Source: Patescibacteria group bacterium (lineage in GTDB: Bacteria > Patescibacteriota > Minisyncoccia > UBA6257). From it: a stretch of 24,620 nt of DNA. The stretch's first letter is position 1. Each line of letters starts with the position of its first letter. Positions 1-7,756 of the stretch are shown one piece after another. The position numbers and the translations under genes are program-made. The DNA is taken from positions 1 to 24,620 of the forward strand of contig JAKJEG010000001.1 in the NCBI GenBank assembly GCA_022705545.1. The letters are read 5' to 3'. Under the pieces are notes generated by a model. It saw only the letters and a program-made list of their open reading frames with translations, made no database searches and was not told the origin of the DNA.

Positions 1-243
1 TCTGAAGCCAAAGGGGTAATTCTTTTAGCTTCTCAAAAGAATAAAATTGAAACCATTGAATTAACGCCTTTGGAAATTAAACAATATGTTGTCGGCTATG
101 GCCGGGCCGATAAAAAAGACATTCAAAAAACTATTCAATTTTTCTTTTCTTTAGAAACTTTACCAAAACCTGATGATACCAGCGATGCTATTGCTGTTGC
201 TTTAGCCGGGTTGAATAAACTACAAAAGGAAAAAACAAAGTAA
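1..243 (+). CDS. ruvC: Holliday junction resolvase RuvC, C-terminal part (5' truncated by window)
   Basis: Frame 1 reads SEAKGVILLA...TPLEIKQYVVGYGRADKKDIQ...PKPDDTSDAIAVA, ending in TAA at 241-243; matches RuvC 'P..vK..v.GyG.A.K' and 'DxxDAxAiA' motifs. Confidence 0.9.
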   Translation, partial: SEAKGVILLASQKNKIETIELTPLEIKQYVVGYGRADKKDIQKTIQFFFSLETLPKPDDTSDAIAVALAGLNKLQKEKTK

Positions 244-287
244 ATTTTCAATCAATTTTGAAATGTTTAAATTCTCAATGAAAAGAT

Positions 288-335
288 TTGAGATTTAAGA
301 TGTAGTTTTGAGGTTTGATTTTTGAGATTTGAGAT
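288..335 (+). repeat. Degenerate heptamer tandem repeat (TTGAGAT-like, about 7 units)
   Basis: ttgagat ttaagat gtagtt ttgaggt ttgattt ttgagat ttgagat; complementary tctcaa at 273-278. Confidence 0.6.
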
Positions 336-345
336 ATTAACTTCT

Positions 346-2736
346 ATGTCCAAAAAAATTAAAAAAATTCTATTAATCATTTTTGGTCTCATCATCGCTG
401 CTGGGGCTGTTTTGGGCATTTTAATTTTAGTCTATTCAAAAGATTTACCCGATCCGGCTAGTTTAGATTCTCGAATTGTTTCCCAATCCACAAAAATTTA
501 TGATCGGAAAGGTACAACCCTGTTATACGAAATCTATGAAGGGGAAAAAAGAACTTTGGTCAAGTTAGAAGATATTTCTCCTTATGTTATTAAATCTGCT
601 TTGGCAGCTGAAGACCATCGTTTTTATGAACACCATGGTTTTGTTCTTCAAAGTATGATTCGGGCCTTTTTCAAAACACTCCAAAACCCCCAAAATCCCC
701 AAGGTGGCTCAACTATTACTCAGCAATTAGCTCGAAATGCTTTTTTAACTTTGGATCAAACTATTCCTCGAAAAATCAAAGAAGCAATTTTAACTTTCCA
801 GATAGAAAGAAACTATTCCAAGGACCAAATTATGGAAATGTATTTAAACCAAATTAATTTTGGTTATAATGTTTATGGTATCGAAAGTGCCAGCCAATTT
901 TATTTTAATAAATCTGCTAAGGATTTATCCTTAGCAGAAGCTGCTTATTTAATGGCCATTGTTAATGCTCCTGGATATTTTTCTCCTTTTGGTTCGCATC
1001 GCGATGAATTAGAAGATAGAAAAAATTGGATCTTAGACAGAATGGTTCAATTAAATTATTTTTCTCAAGAAGAAATCGAAGCAGCAAAACAAGACTTAGT
1101 TGTTTTTGCTCCTTTAAAAAGTCAATTCCCTGCTCCCCATTTTGTTATGTACGTGAAAGAATTGCTTTCAGAGCAATTTTCTGACGAAGAATTAGCCAAA
1201 GGCGGTTATACCATTATTACGACTTTGGATGTAGATTTACAGAAAATTGCCGAGGAAACAGTCCAAGAATACGGCGATTATAATGAAAAACACGTTGGTG
1301 CCAGAAATATGGCTCTTTTGGCTGAAGATCCAAAAACTGGTCAAATTTTAGCCATGGTTGGTTCTCGGGACTACTGGAATATTGATCAAGAAGGTAATGT
1401 TAATGCGACTCTATCAATTCGTCAACCCGGTTCTTCTTTTAAGCCAATTGTTTATTCGGCTGCTTTTGAAAAAGGATTTTATCCGGAAAGCGTTGTCTTT
1501 GATACGGCTCTTGATGGCCGAGTAGCTAATTTTTCTACTAATCCCAGTAATCCTTATTATGTTAGAAATTATGACGAAAAAACCAGAGGACCAGTCACTT
1601 TACGACAGGCCTTAGCCCAATCTTTAAATATTCCATCAGTTAAAGTCCTCTATTTGGTTGGTGTTGATAACGCTATTCAAATGGCTCAGAGATTTGGTAT
1701 TACTACTTTAATAGAACCGGCTTCTCATTATGGTCTCAGTTTAGTTCTTGGCGGCGGAGGGGTTAAATTAATCGAGATGGTCAATGCCTATTCTGTTTTT
1801 GCTAACGACGGTGTTTCCAAACCTCAATCAGCAATTTTGGAAATTAGAGATGCCCAAGGAAAAGTTATCTCCAGTTATCAAAAAGAAGAAAAACAAATTA
1901 TTAGTTCGCAAATCGCTAGAATGATTACTGACATTTTAAAAGACAATACTTCCCGAGCACCAGCTTTTGGCTGGCAATCTCAATTATATTTTCCTGATTA
2001 TGAAGTAGCAGTCAAAACCGGAACTGATTCTGAGTACCGAGATGCTTGGACTTTAGGCTATACTACTTCTTTGGCTGCCGGAGTTTGGGCCGGCAATAAT
2101 GATCGCTCACCAGTTGCTCCAACTGGCGCTCCGGCTTCCATGGTTGCTGCTCCGGCTTTTCATAAGTTTATGGAAAAAAGTTTTCAACTTTATCCTCCTT
2201 CTTCTTTTGAAAAACCTCTTCCCTATTCCTTAGAAAGCGTTAAAACACCAATGGTCAACGGTCAATATATAGTTGAAAAGCAATACAAAAATAAAAACAC
2301 TAACGAAATTAAAACCGTTAAAGAAGTTCATAATATCCTTTATTATCTTAATCCCCAAGACCCACAATTTTTAAATTGGGAAATCCCCGTTCTTTTGTGG
2401 GCTCAGCTTAATCTTCCTAATTTTTATCAAGAATACAATCAATCTTTGTCACCGGAGTACGAATTAATCCAAGATGAAAATGCTCTTCCAGAATATATTT
2501 ATTTTCCAATCACCATCGAAATTCCTGAGGATCCTCAAAATCCTATTAAACAAGTGAATTTGTATTGCAATAATATTTGGCTTTCTGAAATACAAAAAAT
2601 TAGTCCGAACACGTTTTTTTATCTTTTAAATTCCGATCTTTTAAAAAATAATGAACCTAATGAAATAAAAGTCGAGGTTATTGATAACCTCGACCAAAAA
2701 ACAGAAGCAAAAATAACTATTTTCAAAGCCCTTTAA
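346..2736 (+). CDS. ponA: Class A penicillin-binding protein (GT51 transglycosylase + transpeptidase, C-terminal Ig-like domain)
   Basis: N-terminal TM; EDHRFYEHHG, GGSTITQQLARN, RKIKE, MYLN (GT51); SSFK (SxxK), SLN (SxN), KTGT. ATG at 346 preferred over TTG 322, which lies inside the heptamer repeat. Confidence 0.93.
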   Translation: MSKKIKKILLIIFGLIIAAGAVLGILILVYSKDLPDPASLDSRIVSQSTKIYDRKGTTLLYEIYEGEKRTLVKLEDISPYVIKSALAAEDHRFYEHHGFVLQSMIRAFFKTLQNPQNPQGGSTITQQLARNAFLTLDQTIPRKIKEAILTFQIERNYSKDQIMEMYLNQINFGYNVYGIESASQFYFNKSAKDLSLAEAAYLMAIVNAPGYFSPFGSHRDELEDRKNWILDRMVQLNYFSQEEIEAAKQDLVVFAPLKSQFPAPHFVMYVKELLSEQFSDEELAKGGYTIITTLDVDLQKIAEETVQEYGDYNEKHVGARNMALLAEDPKTGQILAMVGSRDYWNIDQEGNVNATLSIRQPGSSFKPIVYSAAFEKGFYPESVVFDTALDGRVANFSTNPSNPYYVRNYDEKTRGPVTLRQALAQSLNIPSVKVLYLVGVDNAIQMAQRFGITTLIEPASHYGLSLVLGGGGVKLIEMVNAYSVFANDGVSKPQSAILEIRDAQGKVISSYQKEEKQIISSQIARMITDILKDNTSRAPAFGWQSQLYFPDYEVAVKTGTDSEYRDAWTLGYTTSLAAGVWAGNNDRSPVAPTGAPASMVAAPAFHKFMEKSFQLYPPSSFEKPLPYSLESVKTPMVNGQYIVEKQYKNKNTNEIKTVKEVHNILYYLNPQDPQFLNWEIPVLLWAQLNLPNFYQEYNQSLSPEYELIQDENALPEYIYFPITIEIPEDPQNPIKQVNLYCNNIWLSEIQKISPNTFFYLLNSDLLKNNEPNEIKVEVIDNLDQKTEAKITIFKAL

Positions 2737-3014
2737 AGCTGGTAAAAAATCTTTTTAATTTCTAAGCCAAAATTCTTTTTAATTTCGTCTTTGATCTTTT
2801 TTTCCTCAGTTTTAATTTTGGAAGCGATAACTGATTTTTCGCATTTAATTTTTAATTGACTATTTTTAAAATTAACAATCTTGACCTCCCCGTTAAATTG
2901 ATCTTGGAAATATTGATTAAGATTTTTTAAGGCCTTCTGTTGGGAAAAAGCAGCATTTAATCCTTTTTTCCTTAGCCATTTTTCAAGAATTTCATCCAGT
3001 GGTTGAAAACCCAT
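2733..3014 (-). CDS. dciA: DciA/DUF721-like helicase loader (putative)
   Basis: 93 aa basic protein directly downstream of dnaN; KH-like pattern 'LKIKCEKSVIASKIK..EKKIKDEI' resembles DUF721. Shares TTAA stop overlap with the PBP gene. Confidence 0.6.
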   Translation of the reverse strand: MGFQPLDEILEKWLRKKGLNAAFSQQKALKNLNQYFQDQFNGEVKIVNFKNSQLKIKCEKSVIASKIKTEEKKIKDEIKKNFGLEIKKIFYQL

Positions 3015-3028
3015 AAATAAGATTCTTC

Positions 3029-4159
3029 TTAAATTTTAATAGGCATTAAAACATAAAGAAAGTCCTTTTCTTCTTCTCCTCTGATTAAAGCGGGGTTATT
3101 GTCTTTATTAAAACCCAAGAAGACAAAATCACCTTCCGCGACGCTAATTCCATCTAAAAGATAACGATAATCAAAACTAATTGACAAATGATTACCTTGG
3201 ATTGTTTTTGTTTTAAGGGAAGTTTGACCTTTGCCAAAAGTTTGATCTTGGGCAACGAGGTTAATTTCTTTTTTATCGGGATTAAGCGTCAGAAAAATAT
3301 CATTCACCCGAGAAGCAAATAAACCAACTATTTTAATTGATTCTAATAATTCCTTTTTACCAACAACGACTTCGTTTTCGAATTCTTTCGGAATAATGGC
3401 TTCGTATTGAGGATATTCACCATTAATTAATTGAGAAATTAATCGAGTATTACCTAAATTAAATTGAATCTGATTTGATTCCGGATAAATTATTAAATTC
3501 TGGTGATCTAATTCTTCTTCAATATTATCAGCAATCATTCGACTGACTTCAATAGCAGTGCGAAAAGGAATTATAAAGTTAGTTTTTTCAGAAAAATCAT
3601 TAGTTAATTTAATGGTTTTTTCTGCCAATCGATAACTATCAGTGCCAACAATTTTTAAAGTTTTTCCGTTAAGGTCAAAATAAACCCCAGTTAATTCTGA
3701 ACGCGAAGCATTAGGGCTAATTGCTGGAATAACTCTTTCTAAGGATTGCTTAATTTCTTCTTTGTTGACTTCAATATTTTTTATTGTTTTAACTTTGGGA
3801 ATAATCGGAAAATCTTCCGGATTTAAAGTTAAAAATTCGGCTTGATATTTTCCACTGCGAATAATTAAATTTTGATTTTTGGTTTCTAAAAGAACTTTTT
3901 CTTCTGACAAATGGTTAACAAAATTAGCTAAAATTTTAGCCGGAACAACTATTTTTTCATTTTCTTTTTCTTCTTCCATTTGACCAGTTAACAAAATTTC
4001 TACTCCAATTTCCAAATCAGTAGCGGAAACACAAATTTTATTTTTTTTAGATTCAATTAATAAATTGCTTAAAATTGGTAAAGTAAAATTTTTTCCGCTA
4101 ATTCTTTCTCCTAAATTAATGGCTTTTTTAAAATTTTCTAAAAGAGTAACAAATTTCAT
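3029..4159 (-). CDS. dnaN: DNA polymerase III beta sliding clamp
   Basis: 376 aa; PILSNLL, SATDLEIG, GTDSYRLA, LINGEYPQY, C-terminal YVLMPIKI; downstream of dnaA. Confidence 0.97.
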   Translation of the reverse strand: MKFVTLLENFKKAINLGERISGKNFTLPILSNLLIESKKNKICVSATDLEIGVEILLTGQMEEEKENEKIVVPAKILANFVNHLSEEKVLLETKNQNLIIRSGKYQAEFLTLNPEDFPIIPKVKTIKNIEVNKEEIKQSLERVIPAISPNASRSELTGVYFDLNGKTLKIVGTDSYRLAEKTIKLTNDFSEKTNFIIPFRTAIEVSRMIADNIEEELDHQNLIIYPESNQIQFNLGNTRLISQLINGEYPQYEAIIPKEFENEVVVGKKELLESIKIVGLFASRVNDIFLTLNPDKKEINLVAQDQTFGKGQTSLKTKTIQGNHLSISFDYRYLLDGISVAEGDFVFLGFNKDNNPALIRGEEEKDFLYVLMPIKI

Positions 4160-4413
4160 AATAATTATAATTATATATTAATTTAAATTTATTGTTATTA
4201 TTAAGGATTCGACTTTTGGGGAAAACTTTATTTTTTCTTTTAAAGATTTAACTTTTTTCTTTTTTTCTCGTTGAAAATAGGTGGATAACTCGGGAAAAAT
4301 TATTCTCATTAAGTGAATAATTAGAATAAAAATTATTTTCTTCTAAATTTTCCCCAATTTTTGAACTTATTTTCCCTTAATTTTTCCCGAGTTATCCACC
4401 TTGATTTCTACCT
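4160..4413. other. oriC part 2 (dnaA-dnaN intergenic): AT-rich unwinding region plus DnaA boxes
   Basis: 4160-4204 almost pure A/T; boxes or variants at 4217-4225, 4280-4288, 4290-4298, 4312-4320, 4348-4356, 4370-4378, 4382-4390, 4392-4400 (TTATCCACC, TTTTCCCCA, TTTTCCCGA types). Confidence 0.75.
4279..4401. repeat. Perfect 24-bp inverted repeat (arms 4279-4302 and 4378-4401, 75-nt spacer)
   Basis: AGGTGGATAACTCGGGAAAAATTA and its exact reverse complement. Confidence 0.95.
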
Positions 4414-5769
4414 TTATTTATTATAAAGCAAATCCTTGATTAAAGTAATTTCTTGAGAAAAAACAGGATCTTGCCCAACTTCTTCACTAACTTTTTGACA
4501 GGCATAAATAACGGTCGTATGATCCCGATGACCTAATTTCTCCGCAATATTAGTAAAAGAATATTTAAATTCCTCTCGCAATAAATACATAACTACTTGT
4601 CTTGGTTTTACTAATTCTTTTTTGCGTGAATGAGAAAGAATTAATTTTTCATCTAAATCATAAAAAGAAGCTACTTTTTTAATCACTTCTTGGGCAGAAA
4701 TATAGCGATTATTTTTGGTTAGTAACGAACTGAGGACTTTTTTCGTTTCTTCTAACGATAAAGGCGCTTGTTTAAGATGAGTTTCAGCAATAATTCGATT
4801 TAAGGCTCCTTCTAATTCCCGAACGTTTTTAGGAATGTTTTCGGCAATATACCTTAGAATGTCTTCATTAATATCTTGACCGGCAATTTGGGTTTTTGTT
4901 TTTAAGATGGCTAATCGAGTTTCAAAATCCGGATAGCTGATATCAGCTATCATTCCCCCTTCAAAACGAGATCTCAGCCTTTCTTCAATGGAAGAAATGG
5001 CTTTTGGCGGCCGATCGGAAGTAAAAACAATCTGTTTATTTTTTTCGTATAAATTATTAAAAGTATGAAAAAGTTCTTCCTGACTTTTTTCTTTGCCGGC
5101 TAAAAACTGGACATCGTCAATAAGCAAAAGATCTAATTGCCTGAATTTCTTTTTAAAACTGCTCATTGTTTGATTTCTAATGGCTTCGACTAACTCTTCA
5201 GTAAATTTTTCGCAGGAAGCATAGCGAATAACTGCTTTTGGGTTTTCTTTATTAACTTTATTGCCAATGGCCTGCAATAAATGAGTTTTGCCTAAACCAA
5301 CTCCTCCATAAATAAACAAGGGGTTATATTTTTTACCTAAATTTTCCGTTACTGCCAAAGCAGCCGCATGAGCTAATTCATTATTAGAGCCAACCACAAA
5401 ATTTTCAAAAGTATATTTAAGATTAAGATTAGTTTCTGGATTAATGGTTGTTTGAATTAGCATTTGATCATTTGAAGGAAGAAAGGTTTTAACTTTTTGA
5501 GCTGTTTTTAATAAAGGTTTTTTCGAACTAGAAATAACGTATTGGACATTTTTAATTTCTGGGGAAAGTTTATTTAAAAGATTAAGGATGGTTTTGTGAT
5601 ATTTTTTCTCTAACCATTCTTTCACAAAATTTGAAGGAACAGAAATAATCGCCACTTCATCTTTTACTTCCAATAAAGTAGTATCCTTAAACCAAGTTAA
5701 GAAATTGGCCTTCGAAAGATTAAGTTTTATCTCGGCTAAAACAGCTTCCCAAATTTCTTGAGAGTTCAT
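4414..5769 (-). CDS. dnaA: Chromosomal replication initiator DnaA
   Basis: NPLFIYGGVGLGKTHLL (Walker A), LLIDDVQF (Walker B), RLRSRF, NVRELEGAL, RDHTTV domain IV. Confidence 0.98.
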   Translation of the reverse strand: MNSQEIWEAVLAEIKLNLSKANFLTWFKDTTLLEVKDEVAIISVPSNFVKEWLEKKYHKTILNLLNKLSPEIKNVQYVISSSKKPLLKTAQKVKTFLPSNDQMLIQTTINPETNLNLKYTFENFVVGSNNELAHAAALAVTENLGKKYNPLFIYGGVGLGKTHLLQAIGNKVNKENPKAVIRYASCEKFTEELVEAIRNQTMSSFKKKFRQLDLLLIDDVQFLAGKEKSQEELFHTFNNLYEKNKQIVFTSDRPPKAISSIEERLRSRFEGGMIADISYPDFETRLAILKTKTQIAGQDINEDILRYIAENIPKNVRELEGALNRIIAETHLKQAPLSLEETKKVLSSLLTKNNRYISAQEVIKKVASFYDLDEKLILSHSRKKELVKPRQVVMYLLREEFKYSFTNIAEKLGHRDHTTVIYACQKVSEEVGQDPVFSQEITLIKDLLYNK

Positions 5770-5787
5770 AATGTTGAAGTTAAATAG

Positions 5788-5816
5788 ATTATAATGAAAA
5801 GATTATTTTTTCGCAA
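5788..5816 (-). promoter_or_regulatory. sigma70-like promoter for dnaA
   Basis: TTGCGA-17 bp-TATAAT, 18 nt upstream of the ATG. Confidence 0.6.
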
Positions 5817-5844
5817 ATTAATTTTCTAAAAGCAGGAAATAATC

Positions 5845-5895
5845 TGTGGATAAAAAGTAATAATTTGTGGATAACTTGTGAAAATCTGTGGAAAA
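5845..5895. promoter_or_regulatory. oriC part 1: four co-oriented DnaA boxes upstream of dnaA
   Basis: TGTGGATAA at 5845 and 5866, TGTGAAAAT at 5877, TGTGGAAAA at 5887 (spacings 21, 11, 10 bp). Confidence 0.85.
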
Positions 5896-5905
5896 GGAAT
5901 TTTTA

Positions 5906-5934
5906 TTGCTTTTTGCCAGAAGAATTGTTATAAT
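5906..5934 (+). promoter_or_regulatory. sigma70-like promoter for the rpmH operon
   Basis: TTGCTT-17 bp-TATAAT with extended -10 TG. Confidence 0.65.
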
Positions 5935-5998
5935 AAATTTTAGAATAAAATCTAATCGCTTTCAAGCCGAAAATAATTTTAATAATTTTTTTAAAAAA

Positions 5999-6133
5999 AT
6001 GTCAACCACTTATCAACCCAAAAAAAGAAAGAGACAAAAAACTCATGGTTTTTTAGTGAGGAGTAAAACCAAAGGTGGTCGACGAACTATTAACCGACGG
6101 AGAAAGAATGGCAGGAAAAGAATTACTCCCTAA
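5999..6133 (+). CDS. rpmH: 50S ribosomal protein L34
   Basis: [42 protein letters not shown]; ATG 5999 (the ORF-track upstream extension is spurious). Confidence 0.97.
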   Translation: MSTTYQPKKRKRQKTHGFLVRSKTKGGRRTINRRRKNGRKRITP

Positions 6134-6482
6134 AAACCAAAAGGATTTTCGTCTCAAAAGTCAAGAAATAAAAGAACTTATTTTATTCGGAGAAAAAATA
6201 GTTTCTCCGAATTTTATAATCTATTATAAACAAAATAATTTAGACAACAGCCGTCTAGTTGTTTCTCTTAATAAAAAAATTTGCCCCAAGGCCACCAAAA
6301 GAAATTATTGTCGGCGAGTAATCAAAAGTCTTTTTAACGAGTTTAAACAAAGCCATCAAAATGATTTTTCATTTCTCAAAGGATATGATATAGTAGTGAT
6401 ACTAAAACAATGTTTTGTGAAACAAGATTTTCCTTTAATCAAAAAAGAATTTTTCAATGTTTTAGAAAAATTGAGAAAGTAA
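6108..6482 (+). CDS. rnpA: Ribonuclease P protein component
   Basis: LPK..RL start, [20 protein letters not shown] (RNR-motif variant), GYDIVVI; follows rpmH, and ATG 6108 overlaps rpmH by 26 nt. Confidence 0.88.
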   Translation: MAGKELLPKNQKDFRLKSQEIKELILFGEKIVSPNFIIYYKQNNLDNSRLVVSLNKKICPKATKRNYCRRVIKSLFNEFKQSHQNDFSFLKGYDIVVILKQCFVKQDFPLIKKEFFNVLEKLRK

Positions 6483-6494
6483 ATTTCCTTTGAG

Positions 6495-7220
6495 ATGACT
6501 ATTTTTAATTATCTTTTAAGCCAGCCTTTTGCCTTACTGATGCTCTTGTTTAATAATTACCTTTGGGTACCAGTTTTAATTTACGGTCTTTTAACCCGTT
6601 TATTTTTATGGCCGGTTTTTAATAAATTATTGGTTGAACAAGAAAAAATGAAAAAAATTCAACCTCAATTAACGGCTTTACAGCAAAAATATAAAAATGA
6701 CGCTTTTGGTTTTCAAAAAGAATTTTCAGAAATTTTGAAAACAGAAAAAATTAATCCCTATTTTACTTTCTTGTTTCTTTTTGGCCAAATTTTTATTTTA
6801 ATAATTTTTTTAGCGTTTTTTAATTCAATTATTTCTGCTCAATGGGTTAATTATCTTCTCCCGGCTTTGAAAAATAATTTTGCTCATAGTTTTTTACAAG
6901 AAGCCAATTACTTTTTCTTTGGTTTTGATCTCCGCCAACCAAATTTTCTCTTGACTTTATTTTTGGCCATTTTAAATTCTTTCGCCATTATTTTCCAAAT
7001 TAAAAAACAAAATGTCAAAAATAAAACAGAAAAGAAAATTGACCGGCAGCAATTAAATACTAATTACTTTTCTTTCTTTTTATCCTTCTTGATCTTAATT
7101 TTTTATCAAAGAATCCCTTTAATCTTAATTATTTATTGGTTAGGATTTTCTCTTGTAAGTTTATTGCAAGAAATGGTTAATTTTTTAAATTTTCAAAAAT
7201 CTTTATTAAATAATCATTAA
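6495..7220 (+). CDS. yidC: YidC/Oxa1 membrane protein insertase (short form)
   Basis: LLTRLFLWP (conserved Arg), MKKIQPQL..LQQKYKND coiled hairpin, KINP, several TMs; syntenic position. Confidence 0.85.
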   Translation: MTIFNYLLSQPFALLMLLFNNYLWVPVLIYGLLTRLFLWPVFNKLLVEQEKMKKIQPQLTALQQKYKNDAFGFQKEFSEILKTEKINPYFTFLFLFGQIFILIIFLAFFNSIISAQWVNYLLPALKNNFAHSFLQEANYFFFGFDLRQPNFLLTLFLAILNSFAIIFQIKKQNVKNKTEKKIDRQQLNTNYFSFFLSFLILIFYQRIPLILIIYWLGFSLVSLLQEMVNFLNFQKSLLNNH

Positions 7221-7225
7221 AAAAC

Positions 7226-7711
7226 ATGGAAGAAAACGAAGAAATTCAATTTTTAACTGATTTGATAAAAGATCTTTTTCAAAAAGCCGGTTTTGAGTTA
7301 TTAGCAGTTGAGGTAAAAAATTTTGATAATGAAAAAAGCATCAGAGTGAATGTCAACATTGATTCTTCTCAAGAAACAAGCGGATTATTAATTGGAAAAA
7401 ATGGCACTCATTTAGAATCTTTTAATTACTTAATGAATCTGCTTTATAAGAAAAAATATCCTCAAAAAACAAAATATATTCATTTTGATATTAATAACTA
7501 CCGCTTGGTTTATGAAGAAAAACTACGTAATTTAGCTGCGGAAACTGCTAAAAAAGTGGCTTTTTATAAACAGCCAATAGAACTTCCGCCAATGAAGCCT
7601 CAGGATAGAAGGATTATCCATTTAACTATTAGTTTGATGACTGAAGTAGAAAGTGAAAGCATTGGTCAAGGCAAAGAAAGACGGGTAGTGATTAAACCAA
7701 GAGAAGAGTAA
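7226..7711 (+). CDS. jag: Jag/EloR/KhpB-like RNA-binding protein (KH + R3H, lacks N-terminal Jag domain)
   Basis: LLIGKNGTHL (GxxG), DINNYR, LPPMKPQDRRIIH (R3H). Confidence 0.88.
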   Translation: MEENEEIQFLTDLIKDLFQKAGFELLAVEVKNFDNEKSIRVNVNIDSSQETSGLLIGKNGTHLESFNYLMNLLYKKKYPQKTKYIHFDINNYRLVYEEKLRNLAAETAKKVAFYKQPIELPPMKPQDRRIIHLTISLMTEVESESIGQGKERRVVIKPREE

Positions 7712-7718
7712 TCAGCAC

Positions 7719-7756
7719 AAGAGGTATATTTATATTTAAGAGGTATATTTATATTT
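7719..7756 (+). repeat. Perfect 19-bp tandem duplication
   Basis: AAGAGGTATATTTATATTT twice, between the convergent stops of jag and the pilin-like gene. Confidence 0.95.

Noticed and set aside
1148-1160. parS half-match (ACGTGAAA)
   Set aside because: Only one half of the TGTTTCACGTGAAACA palindrome, inside the PBP coding sequence.
5888-5998. N-terminal extension of the rpmH ORF (81 aa version)
   Set aside because: Runs through a DnaA box and the predicted promoter; L34 homology starts at ATG 5999.
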